Below are positions 40,573 through 50,386 of a stretch of DNA of 64,000 bases, one piece after another. The DNA comes from a virus. Its lineage: Duplodnaviria > Heunggongvirae > Uroviricota > Caudoviricetes. Below the pieces are notes generated by a model, which was not told the origin of the DNA, ran no database searches, and saw only the letters and a program-made list of their open reading frames with translations. Positions within the stretch are counted from its first letter, which is position 1. Each line of letters opens with the position of its first letter. The translations under genes were made by a program, and so were the position numbers. The stretch lies in IMG/VR virus record IMGVR_UViG_3300042340_000144. One strand, given 5' to 3'.

Positions 40573-40938
40573 ATGTATAAATTAACAAACAACCTCAACC
40601 AAATTATCCGCTTATCTGATGGTGCAATTATCCCTAATGCTTTTAATGGTGACTGGCAATTATATGAAGCTTGGTTAGCAGAGGGTAATACACCTCAACC
40701 AGCAGATGAACCACCTAAACCAATTAGAGAGTTAGATGCTACAACTTTAAGATTAGCTTTGCTTCAACTTAATTTATTAGATGATGTAGAAGATGCATTA
40801 AACACACTACCAAGAGCAGCACAAATTGCTTGGGAATACTCTATAGTTATTAAAGAAGACTCAGTTTTGGTGCAAGAAATGATTTCTAAATTAAAATTAG
40901 ATATTGATTTAATATTTAAAACAGCATTAGAATTATAA
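40573..40938 (+). CDS. tail-fibre assembly/chaperone-like small protein (putative)
   Basis: 121 aa immediately 3' of fibre B; a truncated copy sits 3' of fibre A, indicating a fibre+chaperone cassette. Confidence 0.4.
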   Translation: MYKLTNNLNQIIRLSDGAIIPNAFNGDWQLYEAWLAEGNTPQPADEPPKPIRELDATTLRLALLQLNLLDDVEDALNTLPRAAQIAWEYSIVIKEDSVLVQEMISKLKLDIDLIFKTALEL

Positions 40939-40961
40939 TAATAAGCTGTTTAATAAAAAAA

Positions 40962-41004
40962 CCTCCTAGAAACTTAATTAAAAGGCTCTAGGAGGGTTTT
41001 ATAT
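40962..41004 (+). terminator. rho-independent terminator
   Basis: 9-bp stem cctcctaga / tctaggagg (16-nt loop) followed by gttttatattgtt. Confidence 0.5.
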
Positions 41005-41104
41005 TGTTAAAGGTTATTTTAATAACCTAATCATTTTTAATAATAAATTCCTTAAATATCTTCTTAGGTTTATAAGCCTATAAATATTTATTAATCCTAT
41101 TATA

Positions 41105-42562
41105 TTGTTAATTTATATATTAAATAATATTATTATGCAAGAAAAACCTAAAAACTTATTTTGTACAAGCCATTTTTTATCAGTAATAGGAGTTTTGTAT
41201 ATAACAACTATAAGTCCAGCAATAGATAAAGCAATATTAGAAGGATTAACAAAAAAAGAGATAGGACATCTAATTAATTCTACTTTAGTTGGAGTAGTAG
41301 CTGGATCATTAAAAATGTTAGATAAAGATGCATATACACCTAAATTCCTTCCAGGAAGAGATAAAAATAAAGCATTAAATAATCTTAGTTCCACCACTAA
41401 TCAAGAAACAATAGAAAACAATGTTAATGATGTTAAAACACAAGTTGATAAAAATATTAACACTGTTACAACAGAGACTATTAACTCTATAATACCTAAT
41501 AACAATACATTTCAAAATACTGCAATTAGAGCAATATTACCAAATGTAGTTAACTCTTATAATGATTCAATTACATCTAATTTAAATAATGATATTAATA
41601 ATACAGATAATAATATTAGTGATGAAACTGCTAAATTATTTAAAACAAAAGATGTATTAAAAAACAACAATGAAGAAGTTAAAAATAACATTCAACATAA
41701 TGTTAAATATGGCTCTGATTATCATTCAAACTTATTAATTAATAAACAGTTAACTAATATTGTAATTAAAGCTAAACAAGATACATTTTATAAATTTGAG
41801 CCAGTGGATAGTTCTAAATTATCTAATGATAAAAAGATTAAAATTGAATCAGAAGTAACAATATATATTGATTCATATAACACAAATAACATAACTAATA
41901 ATCACATTCAATTTAGTATTAATGGTGTTAATTTATATGCTTTTATACCTCATATAACTATTATTAATAACAACATTGCAATTGATAAAGAAGTAGATTT
42001 AATTAATACTAATAATTTTAGACCTACAATAGAACAATGTAATGAGTTATATAACACTATACTAACAGAAGAAGAATATAATGATTTGATTAAATGTTTA
42101 AACACTTTTAACATTAATACTAAAATTGACGTAGCACACTTTCTTAGTCAAGTGGGGCATGAATCAGCAGGATTAAGGTATATGAAAGAACTGGGAGATT
42201 ATAATTATTTTTCTAAAAACTATGATTATAGAAATGATTTAGGAAATACTGAGCCTGGAGATGGAGCTAAATTCTCTGGAGTAGGCCCAATTCAAATGAC
42301 AGGTCGTTACAACTATCAAGCTTTTGCAGACTTTATTAAAGATCAAAAAGTAATGCAAGGTGTTGACTATGTAGCTTCTAAATATTTTTTCCTTCCTAGT
42401 GGTTTTTGGTGGTTTAATAATGAAATATCAGATTATATAAATAATAAAAATGCTACAGTAGAACAAGTGTCTGCAAGAGTCAATGGTAAGCATCCAGCTA
42501 ATGGATTGCAAGATAGATTATTTTATTTCTCACGTTGTAAAAAGATTTTTAGTATAACATAA
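41105..42562 (+). CDS. glycoside hydrolase family 19-type lysin (chitinase-like peptidoglycan hydrolase) with long N-rich N-terminal region
   Basis: 485 aa; C-terminal block AHFLSQVGHESAGLRY...YRNDLGNTEPGDGAKFSGVGPIQMTGRYNY matches the GH19 core (AHFLAQ.SHE....Y.GRGPIQLT.NYNY). Confidence 0.65.
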   Translation: MLIYILNNIIMQEKPKNLFCTSHFLSVIGVLYITTISPAIDKAILEGLTKKEIGHLINSTLVGVVAGSLKMLDKDAYTPKFLPGRDKNKALNNLSSTTNQETIENNVNDVKTQVDKNINTVTTETINSIIPNNNTFQNTAIRAILPNVVNSYNDSITSNLNNDINNTDNNISDETAKLFKTKDVLKNNNEEVKNNIQHNVKYGSDYHSNLLINKQLTNIVIKAKQDTFYKFEPVDSSKLSNDKKIKIESEVTIYIDSYNTNNITNNHIQFSINGVNLYAFIPHITIINNNIAIDKEVDLINTNNFRPTIEQCNELYNTILTEEEYNDLIKCLNTFNINTKIDVAHFLSQVGHESAGLRYMKELGDYNYFSKNYDYRNDLGNTEPGDGAKFSGVGPIQMTGRYNYQAFADFIKDQKVMQGVDYVASKYFFLPSGFWWFNNEISDYINNKNATVEQVSARVNGKHPANGLQDRLFYFSRCKKIFSIT

Positions 42563-42713
42563 GAAATAAGTCAAAGCAGATCAAACTCTTTTTTTAACTT
42601 AATCTGTTTTTCCTTTAGCTTCTTTCTCTGTTTTAAAATTACCAAACCATTTTCTTTTTCTATTAATGTAAATTTCAACATTCTAATCTTTATAATGCTA
42701 GCATTAAATATAA

Positions 42714-42755
42714 ATAAAAAAACCTTAATTAAAAGTAAATTAAGGTTTTTTATTT
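42714..42755. terminator. bidirectional rho-independent terminator between convergent genes
   Basis: A7 - aaccttaatt - aaaagta - aattaaggtt - T5 (10-bp perfect stem flanked by A-run and T-run). Confidence 0.7.
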
Positions 42756-42829
42756 ATATTACTTAATGTATTTTTTAGTTAATGGTATATATTGTTTTCT
42801 ATATCTTAACTTATATTAAGTCTTATTTT

Positions 42830-43351
42830 TTAAACTCCCCAAATATAACCATTACCATCTTTATTTACATATAATTTAGTATTAGGTATAGGAGTTGGTA
42901 ATATGTAATCACTTAATCTATTAGTAGTATATTGTTTATTAACAGCACTATTGTTATTAGTAGTTAATACAGTAGTTAATATAGGTCTTGTTAAGGGGGA
43001 ATTAAATAGGGCTTTACTATTTAATATTGTAGTAAAGTTTGTTTTAATAGTATTTAAACTAGTTATATAAGTATTACTATCAGTTGTAATACTATTTACA
43101 TTATTTATTAAAGTATATTTATTTAATAAAGTATTATGTTTAATTTGTAAATTATTAATTAATCTTGTTGTATAAGTAACTTGAGGGGGAATAATAATTG
43201 TATTTAAATCTAATACAAGATCAGTTAATATATTATTAAAAGGATTAAATAAAGAATTTAAATAATCATTAAAGTTATTAATTGTATTTATACTTTGATT
43301 ACCAACTAAATTCTCTCTATTAAATATATCTAAAGATGTTAGGTACTCCAT
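42830..43351 (-). CDS. N-rich fibrous/coiled-coil-like protein, paralog family member (C-terminal D.NG...W)
   Basis: 173 aa; ends KDGNGYIWGV; one of three tandem paralogs. Confidence 0.4.
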   Translation of the reverse strand: MEYLTSLDIFNRENLVGNQSINTINNFNDYLNSLFNPFNNILTDLVLDLNTIIIPPQVTYTTRLINNLQIKHNTLLNKYTLINNVNSITTDSNTYITSLNTIKTNFTTILNSKALFNSPLTRPILTTVLTTNNNSAVNKQYTTNRLSDYILPTPIPNTKLYVNKDGNGYIWGV

Positions 43352-43890
43352 TTTAAATCTCCATTATCATCAGTTATTAAATACTTTAAAGGTTGTAATG
43401 GTTTAGGAGTTTGTTCTAATTTTTGTAGTTCTTTGTTTAAGTGATCTATATTTACAATACTTTTTAAATTGGTGGGATTAGGACATTGTAATTGTTTAAA
43501 CTCACCTTCTATTAAATCTACTTTATTAACATTATATAACTCTTCTTTATAATTTAAGTTATTTAATGTAACCATATCTTTATAAGATAAGATACTAACA
43601 AGATTGATTAATATGTCATTTAACTCATTTATTAAAGGCTCAGCAATTTGTTGATTTTGAGTTATAGTTAAATATTTAGCATCATTTAATAAGTTGTTTA
43701 TAGATGTCTTATTACTATTATTAATAGAGTTATAAAGATTAATTCTATCTTCTATTTGCTGTCTTTTTAATTCTAAATCTTTAATTTTATTTTCTATTAT
43801 TTGTAAATAACTAGTACTAATATATTCTTCAATACTATCAATTGAATTTATATTTTCTTTATTTACTCTATCTTCTCTAATTATTGCCAT
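43339..43890 (-). CDS. N-rich coiled-coil-like protein, paralog family member
   Basis: 183 aa; heptad-like K/E/Q-rich N-terminus; ends TDDNGDLKWST. Confidence 0.4.
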   Translation of the reverse strand: MAIIREDRVNKENINSIDSIEEYISTSYLQIIENKIKDLELKRQQIEDRINLYNSINNSNKTSINNLLNDAKYLTITQNQQIAEPLINELNDILINLVSILSYKDMVTLNNLNYKEELYNVNKVDLIEGEFKQLQCPNPTNLKSIVNIDHLNKELQKLEQTPKPLQPLKYLITDDNGDLKWST

Positions 43891-44471
43891 ACTATTTCAC
43901 CATTATTATCACATATTAAAACTGAATTAACTTTCTTTGATTTAGGTATTAAAGGTGAATTAGTAATGTAATTAGTTAGCCATTCTTTACTTAATAAAGC
44001 ATAAATAGAAGATGATATATCATTTAATATTATTTGATTTGTATATATATTTACATTATTAACGGTACTATTAACAATAGTTTTAATAATGTTATTACAT
44101 TCTTCTATTAAGTTATTAATAGTATTTATAAAACTTATAAAAGGCGCTTTATTAGGCACTACATAAGTATATGTATTTATTAAATTAAGTAGATCTTTTT
44201 CATCTTGTAATAATAAATTAACTTGTCTACAGTCACTTATAAGGATTTCTAACTCATCTAATGTATTATTATAAGTAGCTTCTAATATATCTAACTTCTT
44301 TAATATATTAATATAAGTTATATTATTTTTAATAGATTCATCTAAATCTGCAAATGTTGTTAAAGGATGTTTTCCATAATTAGTTTTTCTATTATTTGCT
44401 TTATTATTAATGAGTATATTTTGAGCTATAGTTTGTGTCATTATTATTCTATTAATATATTCTATATACAA
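43881..44471 (-). CDS. N-rich protein, paralog family member
   Basis: 196 aa; ends CDNNGEIVWQ. Confidence 0.4.
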   Translation of the reverse strand: MYIEYINRIIMTQTIAQNILINNKANNRKTNYGKHPLTTFADLDESIKNNITYINILKKLDILEATYNNTLDELEILISDCRQVNLLLQDEKDLLNLINTYTYVVPNKAPFISFINTINNLIEECNNIIKTIVNSTVNNVNIYTNQIILNDISSSIYALLSKEWLTNYITNSPLIPKSKKVNSVLICDNNGEIVWQ

Positions 44472-44478
44472 TATTTAT

Positions 44479-44934
44479 ATGTTTGATTTACCCACAAAGA
44501 GTGAGCTATTAGCTCTACCAACTTTATATGCCATTAATAATATTACACCTATAATCTATAACTTTTTAGGAGAATATTTAAATCATTTAAATCTAAAAGA
44601 TTCCAGTTTAATAATACCTAGTATAACTTTAGATATTGTTAAATCTAGTAAAACTTTAAATGTTAGTTTACCTTATTCAAATTCTTATAAAGAATATGTT
44701 AATTGGGAGTATGGAATATTAAAATATAATACTGTTCCTAATTTATTTTTAGTAAATAATAAAACTGATATTGGACCTCTTATTTATTTATTAGGAGACG
44801 TAAATATAACTAAAACTATCTTATATGTTATATCTCAACAAATGGAGTTAGTAACAGATTCTTTTGCTTATAATACTTTTGATGGTGTTTTAAATTATAA
44901 AAATAATCCTGAAGATATTATTTTATTAGATTAA
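44479..44934 (+). CDS. hypothetical protein
   Basis: 151-aa ORF; stop codon lies in the loop of hairpin 44906..44950. Confidence 0.35.
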   Translation: MFDLPTKSELLALPTLYAINNITPIIYNFLGEYLNHLNLKDSSLIIPSITLDIVKSSKTLNVSLPYSNSYKEYVNWEYGILKYNTVPNLFLVNNKTDIGPLIYLLGDVNITKTILYVISQQMELVTDSFAYNTFDGVLNYKNNPEDIILLD

Positions 44935-44950
44935 ATAATATCTTCAGGAT
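44906..44950 (+). terminator. 15-bp-stem hairpin spanning stop codon of 44479..44934, T-rich tail
   Basis: atcctgaagatatta - 15 nt loop containing TAA - taatatcttcaggat, then tatttttata. Confidence 0.55.
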
Positions 44951-44959
44951 TATTTTTAT

Positions 44960-44993
44960 AATTTAATTTTATTTAATTAAATAAAATTAAATT
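44960..44993 (-). terminator. perfect 15-bp palindrome (4-nt loop) overlapping stop of collar-domain gene
   Basis: aatttaattttattt-aatt-aaataaaattaaatt; second of two tandem hairpins between convergent genes. Confidence 0.5.
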
Positions 44994-45964
44994 TTCATAA
45001 TATATGCTAGTGCATAATATGGAGGTAAATTACTTGCATTAGCAATAGTTGTTGAGACTGAGTGATTATGTCCTGCACCTCCACCAGCAGATGCAATACT
45101 TATATAAGTAGGTGATCCTATAATACTAATACCAGTAGTATTTACTGTACTATTTGCATAAGGAGAATTAACCCAGTTATCACCAGGTCTACCAGGTGCT
45201 CTAGATTCAAAAGTTGATCCACTAGCAAAAAAAGCATGGCCTCCAACTATATGACTATGCCCAGGATCACTTACACCATGAGCATGAGTAGGATCATTTA
45301 CACCATGACTATGAGCTGGCATTTGACTAGTTGATAATGCTGTAAAACCAGTAGATCCTTCAGCAGTATGAATATGATTTAAACTACCTCCAGTAGAATT
45401 AACAGCATAAGCTGAACCAGCACTTACAACAAATCTATTTCTTAAATCAGGAGTGCCATTTGTACCATCACAAAGCTGCCAAGAAATAGGAATAGAAGTT
45501 ACTAAACCACTCCAAATAACAATAATGCCCATTGCAATTCCTATTTCTAATGTCATTACTCTACCTTCTATAGATAATAATCTACTATTAAATGAATTAA
45601 CAGTATTATCTAAATTATTAAAAGAGTTAATTAAACTAGCAATTTGTTGAGCTTGTTCAGCTATAGTTGCATTTTGACTATTAACTAGTTGGGTAATTAC
45701 ATTAATATTATTTTGTAAAAAAGATTGAACATCTGTTAAATCTTGTGCAATTTCACCAATAGCATTAGCATTATTAGTTGTATTAGCATTTATAGTGTTT
45801 ATAACATTTGTTTCTGATAAACAAGTGTTTAAACTTGCACTATTAATTTTAGAACAATTAAGTTCTCCTGTTGCATTTGCTAAATCTAAAGAAAATAAGA
45901 TATTATTCTGATATTCTTCACAAGTTAAAGCAGAACCTTTCTCAGATGGCAAAACTAAACTCAT
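44987..45964 (-). CDS. tail fibre protein with phage tail-collar (MdpB-like) domain
   Basis: 325 aa; coiled-coil N-terminus; collar-domain block IVIWSGLVTSIPISWQLCDGTNGTPDLRNRFVVSAG; H-rich strip HSHGVNDPTHAHGVSDPGHSH; C-terminal PPYYALAYIMKI. Confidence 0.7.
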   Translation of the reverse strand: MSLVLPSEKGSALTCEEYQNNILFSLDLANATGELNCSKINSASLNTCLSETNVINTINANTTNNANAIGEIAQDLTDVQSFLQNNINVITQLVNSQNATIAEQAQQIASLINSFNNLDNTVNSFNSRLLSIEGRVMTLEIGIAMGIIVIWSGLVTSIPISWQLCDGTNGTPDLRNRFVVSAGSAYAVNSTGGSLNHIHTAEGSTGFTALSTSQMPAHSHGVNDPTHAHGVSDPGHSHIVGGHAFFASGSTFESRAPGRPGDNWVNSPYANSTVNTTGISIIGSPTYISIASAGGGAGHNHSVSTTIANASNLPPYYALAYIMKI

Positions 45965-46282
45965 ATTTATTATTATTTATTACTATATTTTTGTAATATT
46001 ATATAACAATAAACAATAGATAAAACTAGTTAATATTAATTAATCCTCATCATCTTTAATTTCAGCATTAATATTTATAATATCTTTATTAAACATCTCT
46101 TTAAACTTATCAATTAACTCTTGATTAATATATTGTAAGTTGTCTTATATCAACGATCCTAACTAAATCTTTCTTTGTGTGTCTATTTCTTCTAATCCAT
46201 CTTTTATTTGTTGTTTTTTTTCCATAATTGTTATTACATAATAATGTTATAATTAAAGAAATTCTAATACATTTATTATTTA

Positions 46283-47065
46283 ATGTTAATAGACCCCACT
46301 AACTTTTATTTCAGCAACCTAGTAGACAGATATAAATTATCTGCTATTTTGTGGTGTGCACTTAGAAATAAAATTGGACACATTACAGTTAATATAAATG
46401 AATTAGCCTCTTTATTTAATGTTAAAGCTAAAACAATTAGAAAACATTTAAATGATAAAAGGTTTTTTAGAAGCTGTTATAGGACTAGTAAGAATACATT
46501 TACTATTTACTTAGTAAGTATTAAAGTTATTAGGACTGTAACAAAACTTGGTGTTAAGTGGGAATGCTCACATACTAATGTTAAAGACATAGTACAAGAG
46601 GCAAGACTAGCTGCAACATTGGGCCTTCAAAAGAGACTTAGAAAAGCTAAAATTAAAAAGAATAGAGCTACTAATGTTAAAACAAAAGTAGTAAGACATG
46701 ATGTGCTTTTTAATAATAATGGTCAGGTGTTATCAAATGCTAAACATCTACTGCATTATTCAAAGAAGAGCAACATCATGTTTATGAGTAGTAACTTTGA
46801 TGTAAGTGGTGCCACTCAATCTGTTATAGGAAAAGAACTAAAAAGATGTAATTCTACTATTAGAAAGGCTTTAAAAAGCACTTCTAAAGTAAGATTATAT
46901 AAATTTAGTCCTGAGTACTATATACAAGAGAAAGAGGCACAGTTTATAGATTCTGAAGAAGGAACTAAAACAAGTGGTAGTTATTACAAGTTTAGAGGTT
47001 ACACTTTTAAAGCTTGTCCAACTGTTTATTATCCCTGTATTGATTTGCTTGGATATTATAAGTAG
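46283..47065 (+). CDS. basic (K/R-rich) hypothetical protein
   Basis: 260-aa ORF; divergent from collar gene across an AT-rich intergenic region. Confidence 0.4.
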   Translation: MLIDPTNFYFSNLVDRYKLSAILWCALRNKIGHITVNINELASLFNVKAKTIRKHLNDKRFFRSCYRTSKNTFTIYLVSIKVIRTVTKLGVKWECSHTNVKDIVQEARLAATLGLQKRLRKAKIKKNRATNVKTKVVRHDVLFNNNGQVLSNAKHLLHYSKKSNIMFMSSNFDVSGATQSVIGKELKRCNSTIRKALKSTSKVRLYKFSPEYYIQEKEAQFIDSEEGTKTSGSYYKFRGYTFKACPTVYYPCIDLLGYYK

Positions 47066-47130
47066 TTGTTATCCTGCACCTGTTTAAGAGTAGTAGGCAT
47101 TTTACATACTAACTTCCATAGACAAAAATA

Positions 47131-47170
47131 AACTAGAGTTAAAATTAACAATTAACTCTAGTTTTATAGT
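47131..47170 (+). terminator. rho-independent terminator
   Basis: aactagagttaa-9nt-ttaactctagtt (12-bp stem) followed by ttatagtgtttatattt. Confidence 0.6.
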
Positions 47171-47214
47171 GTTTATATTTGTTATAATTATTATATAAAT
47201 ACTTTTATATAATA

Positions 47215-47448
47215 ATGAAAAACAAACAATCGGATAAATATCTATCAATTAGAAGGTTTCTATATGGAAAAGATGCCATTAAAGAAGGTATTAATAGAGA
47301 ATTATTAGTTCAAGCCGCATATAAAGGAAGAATTAAATGGGATTGGAGTAAACAAACATTAGATGATGCTGTTGCTTATCTTAAATATCAATATAAATTA
47401 GATCCTTTTTATACAACTGATAGAGAAACCTTTTTCATTAACATCTAA
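47215..47448 (+). CDS. hypothetical protein
   Basis: 77-aa ORF. Confidence 0.3.
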   Translation: MKNKQSDKYLSIRRFLYGKDAIKEGINRELLVQAAYKGRIKWDWSKQTLDDAVAYLKYQYKLDPFYTTDRETFFINI

Positions 47449-47466
47449 TACAACTTATATATTATA

Positions 47467-47586
47467 TTATTCAACCTTACAAGGGTTTTCTTTTGTACAT
47501 TGATTAGTATTATGTTCCTTATTACATCCTGTTAAACACAAACATAAAACTAAACATATAGCTGTTACAATTTTTAAATTAAACAT
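47467..47586 (-). CDS. mini-lipoprotein (39 aa) with lipobox, not in ORF track
   Basis: manual translation MFNLKIVTAICLVLCLCLTGCNKEHNTNQCTKENPCKVE*: signal peptide + lipobox L-T-G-C; 10 nt downstream of VWA gene stop, same strand. Confidence 0.4.
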   Translation of the reverse strand: MFNLKIVTAICLVLCLCLTGCNKEHNTNQCTKENPCKVE

Positions 47587-47596
47587 GTTATTTTTC

Positions 47597-49066
47597 CTAA
47601 TTATCTATTACTAATAATTCACCAAATAAAGGAATATTACTCTCATAGTATTCCTTTTCTAGTACTGTCCATATAACTTGTATAGAACCTTTATTATTAA
47701 ATGGTTCTAATTCTTGAGGAACTCTTTCTAAATACAAATCTGTTAATACAACAATTAAACATACATTATTAATATCAACTTGTTCAAAACCTTTATTAAT
47801 AAACTGTTTAAATAGAGGTATAACATCAGTACCACCACCTCCTACTAAGTACTTATCTTTATGTTCTAATAACACATCAATAAGAGGTCTATCTAACTCA
47901 CTCATATTAAATAAATGAGTACCAGTAATACCATCATCAAATGTTACTAAAAGTAAATTACCAACAACTTTACTAATACTATTAATCTGATCTAAAAAGT
48001 GATTAAGACATTCTATAGAGCCATAAATACTACCAGATAAATCAACAAATACAGCTATTGTATCTGGCTGAGGTAGTCTTATATAAGGATGGTTAATAGC
48101 ACATCTATTAAAAGGGGATAAACCCATTTCATAACCATAAAACTCCTCCTCTCTAACAACATTATAATTAGTTATAATTTTATCTGATAAAGAATTAGAA
48201 GTTATTTGTTTAAGTCTATCCTCCCATCTTAAATCACTACTTTGAATAGAATCTACATCAGAAGGTATTAACTTATTAGATAACTTTCCATGCTGCTTTT
48301 TCTTATCATTTTTAATAGCATTAGCAGCCCTTTTAGCTAGATCTTTTAATGTTTCTTGTTGTTCTTCATTATTAGTAGAATCACCATCTAACACATCAAG
48401 ATCTACCTCTTCTAGCTTTATAATAAGACCAGATGGTAATGTAATAGAATCATAATCATAATCATCATTAATATTACTATTACTATTACTATTACTACTA
48501 TTACTATTACTATTACTATTATCTTGTTGTTGATTATTATTACTATTACTACTAGAATTAAACTTACTATTAGCTAATACATAAGCTAATAGTTGTTCTT
48601 CTGTCCAATTATTATCATTAATTCTAGGATGATTTGGTTCTAATAATGTACTTAAAAAGACACCTCCTAAGTCACCAAAAGTATAACCAGCTTCTTTTAA
48701 TGATTGATTAATAACAGCATCTTCAACTAAGTTAATAATCTCTTTTAAGAAGTAAGCTTTATCACTATATTGTTTATAAAGCCCTTTATTATGAAGACCA
48801 AATCTATAACTATGATTAAGATATATATGATATATCTCATGTAAAGTTAAAGTTATAAACTCACTTAACTTACTACTATCAGCCTCAATTTTATCAATGT
48901 AAGACTTGTTATACATAATAGTATTATTAGTACAAGCTGCATAAGCAAAGCTATAATCACCTATCTTAATACTAATAGCAGATAACAAATAAGCAAAGAA
49001 TGGTTCAACTTTATTAACTAATAAATATATAGTTTTATCATTAAGTTTAAAAGATAGTTTACTCAT
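47597..49066 (-). CDS. VWA-domain protein with N-terminal HExxH metallopeptidase-like domain (MoxR partner)
   Basis: 489 aa; HExxH LTLHEIYHIYLNH; MIDAS-type IAVFVDLSGSIYG; internal (SN)n tract from hexanucleotide repeats. Confidence 0.65.
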   Translation of the reverse strand: MSKLSFKLNDKTIYLLVNKVEPFFAYLLSAISIKIGDYSFAYAACTNNTIMYNKSYIDKIEADSSKLSEFITLTLHEIYHIYLNHSYRFGLHNKGLYKQYSDKAYFLKEIINLVEDAVINQSLKEAGYTFGDLGGVFLSTLLEPNHPRINDNNWTEEQLLAYVLANSKFNSSSNSNNNQQQDNSNSNSNSSNSNSNSNINDDYDYDSITLPSGLIIKLEEVDLDVLDGDSTNNEEQQETLKDLAKRAANAIKNDKKKQHGKLSNKLIPSDVDSIQSSDLRWEDRLKQITSNSLSDKIITNYNVVREEEFYGYEMGLSPFNRCAINHPYIRLPQPDTIAVFVDLSGSIYGSIECLNHFLDQINSISKVVGNLLLVTFDDGITGTHLFNMSELDRPLIDVLLEHKDKYLVGGGGTDVIPLFKQFINKGFEQVDINNVCLIVVLTDLYLERVPQELEPFNNKGSIQVIWTVLEKEYYESNIPLFGELLVIDN

Positions 49067-50346
49067 TATAATGTGCTCATTCTAAGGCCTTGATCAACTA
49101 AAGATTTAGTGCATACATGCTCTTTTGTAATAGCCTCTGAACCAGTAATAAGTTGATAGTTAATACTTACATCCTGCTTAGCCATTAACATGTCAAATAC
49201 ATTACTAATAGTTGCTTTTGCATTTATACCTTCCTTAAATTCAGTATATGCAATTTTATCTAACACTAACATTAAATTACTAATGGGAGGATAATCAATA
49301 GTATGTCTGCCTTTTTTATTATAACTAGTATTTACTTTACCTTCATCTTTTAACTTTACAAAAGTTGTCATTCTATTATTAATCTCTTGATAAACAGTGA
49401 AAATAACACTACTTACAGCTTCTAAGTTAGCAGTAATATGTTTACTATAATCAACTGATTTATCTTTACAAGTAGACTCTAAAAACTCAATAGAAGGTAT
49501 ATTTAAAGTACTATTTAAACTTTTAACAAAGATATTAGATAAACTACTACCAATAAGACCACTAACATTCTCTGTAAATGGCTGTTTATATTTATTGTCT
49601 AATACATTAACAGTTAATTTATATAACATGTCACTAACAGCAGACCAAGTTCTAGGACAAGGATTAACATAGTTATTACTATTAGCACCATAACCTACAA
49701 ATTCAGTTGGAACACCACCATTAGCTGATAAGAACTTACTATCATTAGTAATTGCCCATTTCCTATCCTTTAAGAATGCATGAACACTTGGATGATTATT
49801 ATTAGCACTATATTCTAAGTATTCTTCAACATCAAGTTGTACTTCTAAAAGCACTAATCTACTAATAATAGGACTACTAATACTAAATACATTAGCATTA
49901 TCACCAGCCCTATTAGTGGCACCAACAATAATAAACTTATCAGTTGGTAAGTCATAGTTACCAAGCTTTCTATCTCCTAACAACTGTTGTAAAATCATCA
50001 TCTCTTGAGGATTAGCATTAGCAAAATCATCTAGAAACAATACAGTCTTTTTATCACTATTAATAGCTTTGTTATACCATTCAGCAACGTAATGATTACA
50101 AGCTTTTGTATCAGGGTTGATAAAATCAACGCCATAGATATTAGATTTAGTGATTAAACCTCCTGTAAATACAACAATGTTATAATCATTATCTTTAGCA
50201 TATTGATAGATTTTAGCTGATTTACCTAAACCTGGAGCCCCCATAAACAAACAACTTCTATTAGTATAACTAGCAAGTTCAAGTTGCATAGGAATGCTAT
50301 TTAAAGTAATCTCCCCACCATTAAAATTTGACAACTTATTTGACAT
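49066..50346 (-). CDS. MoxR-type AAA+ ATPase
   Basis: 426 aa; Walker A FMGAPGLGKS, Walker B VLFLDDFANANPQ, Arg-finger region ISRL; stop overlaps VWA start (ATGA). Confidence 0.7.
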   Translation of the reverse strand: MSNKLSNFNGGEITLNSIPMQLELASYTNRSCLFMGAPGLGKSAKIYQYAKDNDYNIVVFTGGLITKSNIYGVDFINPDTKACNHYVAEWYNKAINSDKKTVLFLDDFANANPQEMMILQQLLGDRKLGNYDLPTDKFIIVGATNRAGDNANVFSISSPIISRLVLLEVQLDVEEYLEYSANNNHPSVHAFLKDRKWAITNDSKFLSANGGVPTEFVGYGANSNNYVNPCPRTWSAVSDMLYKLTVNVLDNKYKQPFTENVSGLIGSSLSNIFVKSLNSTLNIPSIEFLESTCKDKSVDYSKHITANLEAVSSVIFTVYQEINNRMTTFVKLKDEGKVNTSYNKKGRHTIDYPPISNLMLVLDKIAYTEFKEGINAKATISNVFDMLMAKQDVSINYQLITGSEAITKEHVCTKSLVDQGLRMSTL

Positions 50347-50386
50347 AATTAACCTATATTTTTACTTAATTTTTTAACTTTATTTA

